Positions 9,224 through 21,747 are shown, numbered from the stretch's first letter. The stretch: 47,210 bases of DNA from Aquificaceae bacterium (GCA_037926125.1 JAXSOP010000001.1:1-47210); one strand, 5' to 3'. Translations and numbers: made by a program. Notes: generated from the letters alone by a model not told the origin.

Positions 9224-10158
9224 TCCCTTATTATAATTTTCGCACCGTTTGGCAGTCTTTCAACTTTATCTTCTATGTTATGCTCTCTTGGTATGTATAC
9301 ATATGTGCCTGCAGGTATGATTTCGCTCCTTATGTGAGGGTTCAGGTCCCTAAAGGTGCTTGCTCTTACATTCCTCCCTGTAAGAACCTCCTCAACCGAG
9401 GTATCCCTTTCCACAAGCTTTCTGTCCACGCTTAATCCTTCAACCCTAACGGATAACCCATATCTTTCAGGGTCTCTTGCAAGAAGTAATACTGCAAAAA
9501 AGGCAGGGACGTAGTTTCTTGTCTCCTCTGGTAAGAACCTCTGCGTTGCCCAAAAGTCCATACCACCTGTCCTCCTTGCAACACAGTTTTCACCGCAGTT
9601 ATAGCTGGCAAGGGTAAGCTCCCAGTTTCCAAACATGCTGTATAGGTCTTTTAGATACCTCATGGCTGCGTCGGTAGCCTTAAGGACATCAAACCTCTCG
9701 TCCACAAACTGATCAACTCTAAGCCCATACCTTCTTGCGGTAGAGGGTATAAACTGCCAAAGCCCTGCTGCACCAGACCTTGAAACAGCAAAGTTGTTAA
9801 AGGCGCTCTCTATAACGGGCAAAAGGGCAAGTTCTTCAGGAAGATTGTGTTTTTGCACTATCGGTTTTATTAGAGGCATGTAGTAATTTGCCCTTTGTAG
9901 AGTTAGCTCAAAGAACCTTTTATTGTTAAGATAGTAATCCATAAACCTTTTTATTTCCTCTCTATCTGGTATGGGTATACCAAGAGTCCTTGCCTCTTCT
10001 CTTATGAATCTTTCCTCCTCTTCTGTAAAGTAAAAGCTTCCTCTTTGGACGAAACTTACTTGATTATCCGCCTTTGGCATTGCCACCTGTCTTACAGTGG
10101 GAGTGCAAGAGCTCAATAAAGTTGATAACAGCCCAAAGAGTAGAACTCCCTTTTTCAT
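9220..10158 (-). CDS. Lytic transglycosylase lipoprotein (MltD-like SLT domain)
   Basis: Lipobox LSSC, IESAF, GAAGLWQF, ASYNCG, ETRNYV; likely start ATG 10158. Confidence 0.9.
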   Translation of the reverse strand: MKKGVLLFGLLSTLLSSCTPTVRQVAMPKADNQVSFVQRGSFYFTEEEERFIREEARTLGIPIPDREEIKRFMDYYLNNKRFFELTLQRANYYMPLIKPIVQKHNLPEELALLPVIESAFNNFAVSRSGAAGLWQFIPSTARRYGLRVDQFVDERFDVLKATDAAMRYLKDLYSMFGNWELTLASYNCGENCVARRTGGMDFWATQRFLPEETRNYVPAFFAVLLLARDPERYGLSVRVEGLSVDRKLVERDTSVEEVLTGRNVRASTFRDLNPHIRSEIIPAGTYVYIPREHNIEDKVERLPNGAKIIIRE

Positions 10159-10218
10159 ATTTACCCCTAGGTATGTATTATACAATTATCGCAATTAAGG
10201 TTATAAATTTAATACACT

Positions 10219-11262
10219 ATGCGTACGCTTACCTCTCTTAATTTAACAGAGCTAAAGGATATATTTGGGGAACTTGGATTTGAGCCATACAGAGCAAGTC
10301 AGGTCCTTGACTGGGTTTACAAAAAGTTTGAAACAGACTTCCAAAACATGACAAACCTTTCAAAGGCACACAGGAATATGCTTTCTGAACATTTTAAGAT
10401 TCATACCCTTGAGTCTGTCAGTAAAGTATCCGCGGAGGACTCAGTAAAATACATATTCAGGACTGAGGATGGTCATCTCATAGAAACAGTTCTCATATTT
10501 GAGAGAGACCATTTGACACTGTGTGTCTCCTCTCAAGTTGGCTGTGCGGTAGGTTGCAAGTTCTGTGCGACTGCAAAGGATGGGCTTTTGAGAAACCTGA
10601 ACACCTCTGAGATAATTGACCAATACATTCTCGTGCAAAAAGAAACACCAAACAGGATAAGGAACGTAGTATTTATGGGCATGGGTGAGCCCTTGGCGAA
10701 CTACGAAGCGGTCAGAAAGGCTGTAGAGATAATGGTCAGCCCTTGGGGCCTGGACCTTTCCAAGAGAAGAGTGAGCATATCTACGAGTGGTCTTGTAGCT
10801 CAGATAAGAAGAATGGCACAAGACCCCCTTATTAGAGAATTAAATCTTGCAGTCTCTATAAACGCACCCTCTCAAGAGCTTAGAGAAACCCTTATGCCCA
10901 TAGGTAAAACCAATAGTCTTGAGGAAATACTTCAGGCTCTTGTAGAATTTCCCTATCCACCTGACAGAAGAATAATGCTTGAGTATGTCTTGATAAAAAA
11001 CCTCAATGATTCACCAACACAAGCGGAAGCCTTAGCCAAACTCATAGCACCCTATAGAAGAAAATTTAAGGTAAATCTCATACCCTACAATCCAGACCCA
11101 TCTATCCCTTTTGAAAGACCCTCTATGGAGGGCGTATATGCTTTCCAAGAAGTGCTAAGGAAATACAACATATCCACCTTTATAAGACTTAGCAAGGGTA
11201 TTGAGGTTTTCGGAGCTTGCGGACAACTAAGGAGCAAAAGGCTTGAGCTTATGGTAAAATAG
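10219..11262 (+). CDS. rlmN: 23S rRNA A2503/tRNA C2-methyltransferase (radical SAM)
   Basis: CVSSQVGCAVGCKFC, MGMGEPL, GACGQL. Confidence 0.96.
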   Translation: MRTLTSLNLTELKDIFGELGFEPYRASQVLDWVYKKFETDFQNMTNLSKAHRNMLSEHFKIHTLESVSKVSAEDSVKYIFRTEDGHLIETVLIFERDHLTLCVSSQVGCAVGCKFCATAKDGLLRNLNTSEIIDQYILVQKETPNRIRNVVFMGMGEPLANYEAVRKAVEIMVSPWGLDLSKRRVSISTSGLVAQIRRMAQDPLIRELNLAVSINAPSQELRETLMPIGKTNSLEEILQALVEFPYPPDRRIMLEYVLIKNLNDSPTQAEALAKLIAPYRRKFKVNLIPYNPDPSIPFERPSMEGVYAFQEVLRKYNISTFIRLSKGIEVFGACGQLRSKRLELMVK

Positions 11263-11266
11263 AAGG

Positions 11267-11950
11267 GTGCAGGCGGTTCCTAAATGGTTCAGAGAGCTTG
11301 TAGTAGTTATAATAGTGGTTTTATTTATTAGGGCTTTTCTCCTACAAGCTTACAACATACCTTCAGGCTCTATGAAGCCTACCCTTCTCGTGGGTGATTT
11401 TATACTTGTAAACAAATTGGTTTACAGACTTTCTGAGCCTCAGAGAGGGGATATAGTGGTTTTCAAATGGCCCATAAACCCGCAGATAGATTTCATAAAG
11501 AGAATAGTAGGTATGCCTGGAGACACCCTTGAGATAAAAGGTGAAAGGGTTTTTATAAATGGTCAAGAAGTGCCTCTGAGGTTTGTGGAAGAGGTTTTGG
11601 AGGATGGGAACCTAAAGCTCATCTATGAAGAAACACTTTCCAATGGAGTAAAGCACAAGATAGCCCTATACCAAAGTCCTTTCATACAAAGAAAAGATGT
11701 TTATTACGCTAAGATACCAGAAGGACACTATTTTGTGATGGGAGATAACAGAGACAACAGTGAGGACAGCAGGTATTGGGGACTTCTGCCAAGAGAAAAC
11801 ATAGTGGGGAAGGCTTTTGTGATTTACTTTTCTGGAGATATACCTCCCCTTGACAGCACAGATGTAAGTATACTTACTGGTTTTAAACAACTCTTCCTCG
11901 CCCTGCTGAACCCAAGACTTGAAAGGATAGGTAAGATCCTTATATGGTGA
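11267..11950 (+). CDS. lepB: Signal peptidase I
   Basis: IPSGSMKPTL (Ser), FIKRIVG (Lys), GDNRDNSEDSR. Confidence 0.96.
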   Translation: MQAVPKWFRELVVVIIVVLFIRAFLLQAYNIPSGSMKPTLLVGDFILVNKLVYRLSEPQRGDIVVFKWPINPQIDFIKRIVGMPGDTLEIKGERVFINGQEVPLRFVEEVLEDGNLKLIYEETLSNGVKHKIALYQSPFIQRKDVYYAKIPEGHYFVMGDNRDNSEDSRYWGLLPRENIVGKAFVIYFSGDIPPLDSTDVSILTGFKQLFLALLNPRLERIGKILIW

Positions 11951-13649
11951 TGGAAACACCCGCCATATAAAAGTGTTTTATTGCTTGTTTTATAGTAGCA
12001 GGGTTTATACCCTTCGCATACATAAGGCTCAGTATAAGGGAAGGTATGTTTTCTGGGTCTACAAAAGGCTCCACTATTTTATTGTTTTCCATGTACACAA
12101 AGTTACCCAGTTCCTCAAGGAAATTCTGGAATTCCTGTGTTTCAAGCTTATTTCCCAGATAAACCAGAATGCTGTTACAGGTTTCTAAAATCACTTCACT
12201 ATCTCTGACCTCAGGAACTGCTAAAAATCCACTTTCCAGTCTATCAAATATCTCTCTTATTTTGCTTTTTGAGTATATGGGATTGCCCAACATTGGTAGT
12301 ATTGCATTTATTTCTTCCTTGTTTACCTGTCTCAGAGACTTATTGAGGGTATCCTGCGATGGTATGATGAGGTTTGTGTATATAAACACATCCTCCATGT
12401 CTCCTCCCTCAACAGGGTTAAGGTCCTCATAAGTGCAGAGAGAACTCAGGAACCTTCCTGTAAACAGAAAGCCAGTACTTTCCTCCAACACTGCAAAGCT
12501 ACCTCTCTCAGGAAGAAAGGGCAATGGAACAAACCTTAGAACATCTCCTGTGGCTAACCTAAGCCTTTTGTTGGGGAAGGTTTCAAAAGCTTTTATTCTT
12601 GCTTGCGGAATGCCAAAAGCCCTTAACCGCTGTGCAATGCTCAGAGAGGTTATCACGAAAGCTTTTTGATTTGACTGCAGGAAGCTTACAATCCCTGAAC
12701 AATCATCCACTCCAGAGCTAAGTACTACTACCGCCTTTACAGCTTCTAAAGTGCCAACCACCTGCTCCAGCTTGGACCTTATAAGAACATAATCTTGCAC
12801 CGTGCCTATGTTGATAAGCATTGGAACCTTTATGTTATCCTTTTCGTATATACGTAGGTATGCATTCTTCTGGAACAACCCATCCTCCTGAGGTGACCCT
12901 ATCCAGAAGAACCCATGAGATATTTCTATAGGTTGGCTTAAATCAAGAGTAGACTTTGGAGTTGTAGTTTCTTCTACTCTTGAAACAGGCTGTGAAACAA
13001 CCTGCGGTGGGGTATAACCGTAGACAAGACTGGAGAAAAATTCCCAGTTGTCTTTATACACACAGCTAATAACAGCCTTTTCTTCCTCGTAGATGTCTAG
13101 TCTCATTTTGACATCTTTTGAGAATAAATTAGGTAATTCCTCTCTTCCACAGCTACAACCCTTTATAATACCCTTATGTATGTGTATGGTGCAGGATTTT
13201 CCCTCATCCTCCATTACGAGGGATGAGGTAGCACCTTTACGCAAGAGTTTAATTAACAAATTCAGGGGACCTATTATTGACAGGGATGCTGAATCTTGAG
13301 GATCCCTACTTAGGCTAACCAATTTGGTTAGAAGTTCCATCGGATTAAAGGGTAGAACCTCATAGTTAACATCCCTAAGCCCGTATTTTGCTAATGCTTC
13401 TGTATCTTCATAGCTTTCTACAAACAGAATAGGCATTACATATTTTTCAAGTTCAAGTAGCTTAAACCAGAAAGCTATATCCTCTGCGGGCATTATTATC
13501 ACCTCAGGCTCTGATACCTTTAAAAGCTCAAGGGCTTTGTTTTCATCAAAAGCTATAAGGAGTTTGTGACCAGTTATGTTAAAGATGTCCGCAAGAAGAG
13601 AAAAGTATTGTTTCTTTTTGTCTAAGAGCATACAGAGAACACCCATCAA
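11940..13649 (-). CDS. Multidomain signalling protein: atypical receiver + PATAN/DUF4388-like + degenerate MBL-fold (ODP/flavodiiron-like) domain
   Basis: N-terminal receiver pattern (KALELLKVSEPEVIIMP...LPFNPMEL); LLIKLLRKGATSSLVM...IHIHKGII; PIEISHGFFWIG...NAYL...LFTG typical of the ODP/FprA-like MBL fold. Confidence 0.65.
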   Translation of the reverse strand: MMGVLCMLLDKKKQYFSLLADIFNITGHKLLIAFDENKALELLKVSEPEVIIMPAEDIAFWFKLLELEKYVMPILFVESYEDTEALAKYGLRDVNYEVLPFNPMELLTKLVSLSRDPQDSASLSIIGPLNLLIKLLRKGATSSLVMEDEGKSCTIHIHKGIIKGCSCGREELPNLFSKDVKMRLDIYEEEKAVISCVYKDNWEFFSSLVYGYTPPQVVSQPVSRVEETTTPKSTLDLSQPIEISHGFFWIGSPQEDGLFQKNAYLRIYEKDNIKVPMLINIGTVQDYVLIRSKLEQVVGTLEAVKAVVVLSSGVDDCSGIVSFLQSNQKAFVITSLSIAQRLRAFGIPQARIKAFETFPNKRLRLATGDVLRFVPLPFLPERGSFAVLEESTGFLFTGRFLSSLCTYEDLNPVEGGDMEDVFIYTNLIIPSQDTLNKSLRQVNKEEINAILPMLGNPIYSKSKIREIFDRLESGFLAVPEVRDSEVILETCNSILVYLGNKLETQEFQNFLEELGNFVYMENNKIVEPFVDPENIPSLILSLMYAKGINPATIKQAIKHFYMAGVSITI

Positions 13650-13894
13650 TAAACCTCCCCTTTCTGAACTGCTACTCTAAGAAGTGTTAACTGATCCTTT
13701 AGTATGTTCATTGACTGCACCAACATGAAAAAGGCATGCTCTACATTTAGAAGGGCAGATTGAAAGGATAAGTCATCTTCGAGAAGCCTTAGCTCTCTAA
13801 ACCTTCTGTAAGATTCATCCACTTCTGTACCAAAGTCTAGAAGAGTCTTAATTATCTTCTCCGACAACTCTAAAGCTGGTCTTTTTGTATCCAT
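13646..13894 (-). CDS. Hypothetical helical protein (82 aa)
   Basis: Overlaps both neighbours in the same direction; amphipathic heptad pattern; no recognisable motif. Confidence 0.7.
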   Translation of the reverse strand: MDTKRPALELSEKIIKTLLDFGTEVDESYRRFRELRLLEDDLSFQSALLNVEHAFFMLVQSMNILKDQLTLLRVAVQKGEVY

Positions 13895-14271
13895 ATATTA
13901 CCTACCTCCTCTCCTTCTGACCTTGGCATATTATATCTGCTAAAAAGTATAGATTCAACCATTTTGAGCTCGTAGTCTTGCAAGTTTTCTATCCATAGTT
14001 TCGCATCGCCTTCCTCAATTGTATTTTTTAGAATTATATCACCCTCCTTTTCCATGTATACGTCTCCGCCTCCAGACATAAATCCAACCGCCACAGAAAG
14101 GGTAAGAAAGTTCAGGGCATCCAACCTCATCTTAGGTTTTTCAATGCTTTTGTTTATTTTAAGGTAAGTGCACAGGGCAAGACCTACTCTAATAAGGTTT
14201 TCTGGTGTCAAGGGAAATAATCCAACCCTTCCTTGCATGTAGTTTTCTTCAAATAGCTTCCTTAAGTGCAT
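13870..14271 (-). CDS. Stand-alone degenerate phosphoglucosamine mutase (GlmM/PMM) domain I protein
   Basis: RKLF...G...PLTPE..RVG.A and later G....G.DV resemble the GlmM N-terminus; lacks SHNP and domains II-IV. Confidence 0.6.
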   Translation of the reverse strand: MHLRKLFEENYMQGRVGLFPLTPENLIRVGLALCTYLKINKSIEKPKMRLDALNFLTLSVAVGFMSGGGDVYMEKEGDIILKNTIEEGDAKLWIENLQDYELKMVESILFSRYNMPRSEGEEVGNIWIQKDQL

Positions 14272-15025
14272 ACTCTACCGCCTCCTCTAAGTTTTCCAGA
14301 GCTTTAAGATGCTTGCCTGAGAGTATGAAAAACTCTTCATTGCCTTTTGTTCCCTTTGGCTTTGACTTTACTACCCCAGCCATATAAAAACCCAAAGAAG
14401 CTAAAAACTCTGCAACCCTTAGCACAGCCCTCTTTTTGTCCTCCTTCTCCCTAACTATCCCCTTTCTTACCTTTTCAGGACCAACTTCAAACTGTGGCTT
14501 TACCAACACCAACAAAAGTCCTCCCTCCTTTAGAAATTTTATCACATGGGGAATTAACTTTGTTGTTGATATAAAGGATACATCCATCACTATAAGGTCT
14601 ACAGGCTCTGGTATATGCCTTTCTGTAAGTTCTCTTGCGTCCGTTTTCTCATATAGCACCACTCTTGGGTCTGACCTGAGCTTGGAGTCCATTTGACCCT
14701 TTCCCACATCTACCGCATACACTTTTTTTACACCATGCATAAGAAGACATTGGGTAAAACCACCAGTAGAAGACCCCACATCAAGTGCGGTCATGTCTTT
14801 CACATCAAGCCCAAACCTTTTTATAGCCCACTCTAACTTATAGCCACCTCTGGATACATATTTAGGAGGCTCTTTGACTTCTATAATCTGCCCTTCTTTT
14901 ATCTTTTTCCCTGACTTTGTGATGGGTTTGCCATCCACATACACAAGCCCCGCCATTATTATAGCTTGAGCCTTTTCTCTACTGGAGACATAGCCCTTCT
15001 CAACCAAATACTGGTCCAGCCTCAA
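14249..15025 (-). CDS. tlyA: TlyA family rRNA 2'-O-methyltransferase
   Basis: S4 domain RLD..LV, YVSRGGYKL, DVGSSTGGFT, DVSFIS, KPQFE, GNEEF. Confidence 0.95.
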   Translation of the reverse strand: MRLDQYLVEKGYVSSREKAQAIIMAGLVYVDGKPITKSGKKIKEGQIIEVKEPPKYVSRGGYKLEWAIKRFGLDVKDMTALDVGSSTGGFTQCLLMHGVKKVYAVDVGKGQMDSKLRSDPRVVLYEKTDARELTERHIPEPVDLIVMDVSFISTTKLIPHVIKFLKEGGLLLVLVKPQFEVGPEKVRKGIVREKEDKKRAVLRVAEFLASLGFYMAGVVKSKPKGTKGNEEFFILSGKHLKALENLEEAVEYALKEAI

Positions 15026-15261
15026 AGCTTAAAAAGATGCTTTATGAGGTAGAGTATAAAAAGGAGGACGAGAGGAGAAAAGTCAAACCCGCCGGTGGGT
15101 GGAAGAACCCTTCTTATGGGGTTAAGAAGTGGTGCTATTAGGCTGTTCAGTTGTTCGTAAAGCCTGCTTTCCCGAACCTTAGGTATCCATGAGCCTATGG
15201 CATGGATAAAAACAAGGAGTATGAGTAAGTTTATGAGGAGGGATAGCAACCCCTTTATCAT
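15022..15261 (-). CDS. YggT family membrane protein
   Basis: SWIP...[18 protein letters not shown]. Confidence 0.9.
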   Translation of the reverse strand: MIKGLLSLLINLLILLVFIHAIGSWIPKVRESRLYEQLNSLIAPLLNPIRRVLPPTGGFDFSPLVLLFILYLIKHLFKL

Positions 15262-15614
15262 TCCACAAGCTCAAGAATGGCAAGCTCACACCCGTCGCCT
15301 TTTCTCCTTTCAGGTAGTTTTATGATTCTAGTGTAGCCTCCGTTCCTGTTTTCAAATCTGGGTGCTATCTCTTCAAAGAGTTTTTTGACTACCTTTCTGT
15401 CAGGCAGAAGAGAGAGGGCAAGCCTTCTGGAAGCCAAATCACCCTTCTTACCAAGATTTATAAGCCTTTCCAGAAAGGGTTTTACCGCCTTAGCTCTATG
15501 AAGGGAGGTTTCTATTCTTTCTTCCATTATAAGCGCCCTTGCAAGAGACCTATAAAGTGCAAGCCTTTGCTCTTTTGTTCTATCAAAGTGTTTTTTCTTT
15601 ACTCTGTGTCTCAT
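15258..15614 (-). CDS. rplQ: 50S ribosomal protein L17
   Basis: MRHR..., [10 protein letters not shown], follows rpoA. Confidence 0.98.
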   Translation of the reverse strand: MRHRVKKKHFDRTKEQRLALYRSLARALIMEERIETSLHRAKAVKPFLERLINLGKKGDLASRRLALSLLPDRKVVKKLFEEIAPRFENRNGGYTRIIKLPERRKGDGCELAILELVE

Positions 15615-15617
15615 CTT

Positions 15618-16571
15618 TTACCTCCTGCTTTCTATATCCATACCTAAGTGAAGCCCCATCTGTTTGAGAGCATCCTTTATTTCGTTTATCGCCTTTCTAC
15701 CTACGTTCTTTGTCCCTTTTAAGTCCTCCTCTGTGAGCTTTACCAAGTCTCCTATTGTGGATATGCCCATCCTCTTTATGGAGTTGAGGGCTCTTTGGGA
15801 AACATCAAGCTCTTCTATAGGAAGGCTGAGCTTCTCTACAAACTCTTCCACAACACCAACAGGTTCTTCTATAACTGGCACTTCAAAGGATATGTTTTCG
15901 AGAGGCATGAAATTCTTTACTATTAGACCTACAGCTTCCTTTATGACTTCATCAGGTGTTTTTGTGCCGTCTGTGTAAAGCTCCAATATGAGCCTGTCGT
16001 AGTCGCTCCTTTTTTCCACCCTAGTTTTTTCCACCCTGAAGGCAACCTGACGAACTGGTGAAAAATCCGCATCCACTAATATCCATCCGACCTCTCCGAG
16101 AACTTCCATTTCCTCAGTGGGCACATATCCAAAACCTTTTTCAATCCTTAGTTCTATGTTTATTTCCTTGTTTGGGCTTGTTATGGTGAGTATCTTTTGA
16201 TCGGGGTTAACCACCTCCACACTGGGAGGAAGGCTTATATCCTTTGCGTAGACTATGCCCTCTCCTTTCTTTTTCAAATACAACACCTCAACGTCAGAAT
16301 TTTTGAGCTTAAACCTAACTTTTTTGAGGTTTGCTATTATTTCAAGAGTGTCTTCTTGGACACCTTCTATAGATGAAAATTCGTGATAAACACCGTATAT
16401 CTTTACCGCAGTTAGGGCTACACCTTGTATGGAGGAGAGAAGCGTCCTTCTGAGGGAGTTTCCTACAGTTATACCAAATCCCTTCTCTAAGGGTTCCATC
16501 ACAAAACGACCATAGGTTTTTGTCCTCTCTTCCCAGTAGACCTTTGAGGGAAAAAGAAATTCTCTAAGCAT
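15618..16571 (-). CDS. rpoA: RNA polymerase alpha subunit
   Basis: EPLEKGFGITVGNSLRR, HEFSSIEGVQED, alpha-CTD. Confidence 0.98.
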   Translation of the reverse strand: MLREFLFPSKVYWEERTKTYGRFVMEPLEKGFGITVGNSLRRTLLSSIQGVALTAVKIYGVYHEFSSIEGVQEDTLEIIANLKKVRFKLKNSDVEVLYLKKKGEGIVYAKDISLPPSVEVVNPDQKILTITSPNKEINIELRIEKGFGYVPTEEMEVLGEVGWILVDADFSPVRQVAFRVEKTRVEKRSDYDRLILELYTDGTKTPDEVIKEAVGLIVKNFMPLENISFEVPVIEEPVGVVEEFVEKLSLPIEELDVSQRALNSIKRMGISTIGDLVKLTEEDLKGTKNVGRKAINEIKDALKQMGLHLGMDIESRR

Positions 16572-16584
16572 ACTTCGAACCTCC

Positions 16585-17214
16585 TTAAACCCTTGAATAG
16601 AACTCTATTATGTATTGTAGGTTGACAGGTACCTCCAACTGAATTTCCCTTGGGAGGTCTACAACTTTTCCTCTGAAGTTATCCTTATCGAGTTCAAGCC
16701 ATGGTGGAACGCTCCTTGGGTCTATGTTTTGTATGTTTTCCAAAATCTGTGGTATGTCTCTTGAGGAAGGCTTTAGCTCTATTATGTCTCCTACATCAAT
16801 CCTGTAGGATGGAATGTTTACCTTTTTACCATTTATCAAAAAGTGCCCATGCACTACCCATTGTCTTGCCTGTCTTCTGGTGGTGGCAAAGCCTAACCTG
16901 TAGACCACGTTATCAAGCCTCCTTTCTAACAGCTGGAGAAGAACTTGTCCCGTGTTTCCCTTGGAGCGTGATGCTTCATCAAAGTATCTTTTGAACTGCT
17001 TTTCCCTTAGACCTCCGTAGAGGAATTTAAGCTTTTGCTTTTCCATAAGCCTTATGCCGTATTCTGTGAGCTTTCTTCTTCTACCCTTTACCCTTCCATG
17101 CTGACCGGGTGGGAAGTTTCTCCTGGATAAGGTTTTTGGTGCACTCTTTTTGCCTGAGACAACCGCACCGAGTTTTCTGTCGATCTTTACCTGAGGTCCT
17201 ATATACCTACCCAT
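16585..17214 (-). CDS. rpsD: 30S ribosomal protein S4
   Basis: PPGQHG, LERRLDNVVYRLG, IIEFYSR. Confidence 0.98.
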   Translation of the reverse strand: MGRYIGPQVKIDRKLGAVVSGKKSAPKTLSRRNFPPGQHGRVKGRRRKLTEYGIRLMEKQKLKFLYGGLREKQFKRYFDEASRSKGNTGQVLLQLLERRLDNVVYRLGFATTRRQARQWVVHGHFLINGKKVNIPSYRIDVGDIIELKPSSRDIPQILENIQNIDPRSVPPWLELDKDNFRGKVVDLPREIQLEVPVNLQYIIEFYSRV

Positions 17215-17217
17215 GCC

Positions 17218-17607
17218 TTAAACCCTCCTCTTGGCTGGTGGTCTGCATCCGTTGTGTGGTATAGGTGTTATATCCCTTATTGCTTTTATCTTTATACCTG
17301 CGGCGTATATTGCCCTCAGGGCGGATTCTCTTCCTGCACCTGCTCCCTTTACCCTAACTTCTGCTTCTTGAAGTCCATACTCCTGCACCGCTCTTTTTGC
17401 TGCCTTTTGTGCTGCAAGCTGTGCTGCATAGGGTGTGCTTTTCCTTGTTCCTTTAAAGCCTACAGTGCCACCACTTTCCCAAACAAGAAGATTGCCCTGC
17501 TTGTCGGTTATGCTCACTATGGTGTTGTTGAAAGTGCTAAGTATGTGAACTATTCCTTCTGTTACAGTCTTTTTTTGCTTTTTAGGTTGTTGTTGCCTTC
17601 TTGCCAT
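17218..17607 (-). CDS. rpsK: 30S ribosomal protein S11
   Basis: [29 protein letters not shown]. Confidence 0.98.
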   Translation of the reverse strand: MARRQQQPKKQKKTVTEGIVHILSTFNNTIVSITDKQGNLLVWESGGTVGFKGTRKSTPYAAQLAAQKAAKRAVQEYGLQEAEVRVKGAGAGRESALRAIYAAGIKIKAIRDITPIPHNGCRPPAKRRV

Positions 17608-17618
17608 CAATTACCTCC

Positions 17619-17999
17619 TTACTTTGCTATCTTTTTCTTTGTACCGCCCACGGTTTTCCTCTTGCCCTTTCTGGTTCTTGAGTTGGTTTTTGTCTGCTGA
17701 CCCCTTACCGGCAAGCCTCTTACGTGTCTAATGCCCCTGTAGCATCCCATATCTATGAGCTTCTTTATGTTCATTTGCACCTCTCTTCTGAGATCGCCTT
17801 CCACCGTGTAGCTTTGCTCTATAAACTTCCTTATTGTGTTTAACTCTTCAGGAGTTAACTCTCCAAGCCTTTTTGTGCCCGGTATACCAGCCTTTTCACA
17901 TATTTCCCTTGCCCTCGCCCAACCGATACCATAAAGGTATGTAAGGGCGACTTCTAACTTTTTACCGTCAGGAAGGTCAACACCAGCTATCCTTGCCAT
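17619..17999 (-). CDS. rpsM: 30S ribosomal protein S13
   Basis: [23 protein letters not shown]. Confidence 0.98.
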   Translation of the reverse strand: MARIAGVDLPDGKKLEVALTYLYGIGWARAREICEKAGIPGTKRLGELTPEELNTIRKFIEQSYTVEGDLRREVQMNIKKLIDMGCYRGIRHVRGLPVRGQQTKTNSRTRKGKRKTVGGTKKKIAK

Positions 18000-18010
18000 C
18001 TTTTACCTCC

Positions 18011-18127
18011 TTAACTACCCTGTCTTTGTTTGTGCTTGGGGTTTTCACATATGACCATAACTCTTCCCTTTCTCCTTATAACCTTACATTTGTCGCATAT
18101 GGGTTTAACAGAGGGCTTTACCTTCAT
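18011..18127 (-). CDS. rpmJ: 50S ribosomal protein L36 (Zn-ribbon form), not in ORF track
   Basis: Manual translation [38 protein letters not shown]; SD AGGAGG upstream. Confidence 0.97.
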   Translation of the reverse strand: MKVKPSVKPICDKCKVIRRKGRVMVICENPKHKQRQGS

Positions 18128-18141
18128 GCTTGCCTCCTTGT

Positions 18142-18159
18142 AAGCTAAAAATTATAGCA
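18142..18159 (-). promoter_or_regulatory. Internal extended -10 promoter upstream of rpmJ/alpha operon
   Basis: TGCTATAATTTTTAGCTT on minus strand; the same 15-mer occurs upstream of rplN. Confidence 0.65.
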
Positions 18160-18164
18160 TAAAA

Positions 18165-18396
18165 TCATCCTCTGTATACTATCCTTCCTCTTGTGAGGTC
18201 GTAAGGAGATAGCTCTACCTTTACCTTATCGCCAGGTAATATCCTGATGAAGTGTATCCTCATCTTACCAGACACATGGGCGAGTACTTCGTGTCCTGTT
18301 TCTAACTTTACCCTAAACATGGCATTAGGCAAAGCCTCTAGGACCTCGCCCTCAAGCACTATGCCCTTTTCCTTTTGTTTTTCTTCCCCTTTCTTT

Positions 18397-18404
<8 letters not shown>
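18165..18404 (-). CDS. infA: Translation initiation factor IF-1
   Basis: [29 protein letters not shown]. Confidence 0.98.
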
Positions 18405-21107
<2,703 letters not shown>

Positions 21108-21111
<4 letters not shown>

Positions 21112-21554
21112 TTTACCTCCTCACAGCTTCCACCGAGGGCTTCTATCTTTTGCTTTGCGGACTGGGAAAAGGCATGGGCTTTTACTTTAAGTGGCTTGGT
21201 GAGCTCTCCATCTCCAAGCACCTTGACAGGCATACCCTTCCTCACAAGCCCCTTTTGAAGAAGAGCCTCTGGAGTTATCTCTTGACCTGCGTCAAAGTAT
21301 CTCTCTAAGGTCTTGAGGTTTACCACCGCATACTCTACCCTGTTTATAGGTCTGAATCCCCTCTTTGGCACTCTCTTGTGAAGTGGTGTCTGCCCACCCT
21401 CAAACCATGAGGGAAGCCTTCTATCTCCAGACCTTGTCTTTTGACCCTTATGACCCTTTCCACAGGTTTTGCCAAGCCCAGAACCTATACCTCTTCCTAC
21501 TCTTCTTTTTTCCTTTACCGCTCCTTCGTCGGGTGCAAGCTCGTGCAGTTTCAT
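21108..21554 (-). CDS. rplO: 50S ribosomal protein L15
   Basis: [21 protein letters not shown]. Confidence 0.98.
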
Positions 21555-21736
21555 TCCTTTACCTCCTCTACTTGAAGAAGATGAACCGCTTTGCGTATAT
21601 TACCCCTTACCATAGGGTTGTCCTCAAGCAAAATCTCTTGACCCACCTTCTTGAGCCCGAGGCTCTTTACTGCCTTTATTTGAGCTTCAGGCTTCCCCGC
21701 AAGACCTCTAACAAGCTTTACTCTAAGCTTTGCCAT
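21551..21736 (-). CDS. rpmD: 50S ribosomal protein L30
   Basis: Position between rpsE and rplO, SLGLKK...NPMVRG; ATG 21736 follows GGAGG. Confidence 0.95.
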   Translation of the reverse strand: MAKLRVKLVRGLAGKPEAQIKAVKSLGLKKVGQEILLEDNPMVRGNIRKAVHLLQVEEVKE

Positions 21737-21747
21737 GCTTTTCCTCC

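Noticed and set aside
14249-15025. tlyA as a hemolysin/virulence gene
   Set aside because: Motifs are those of the widespread S4 + FtsJ-type rRNA methyltransferase
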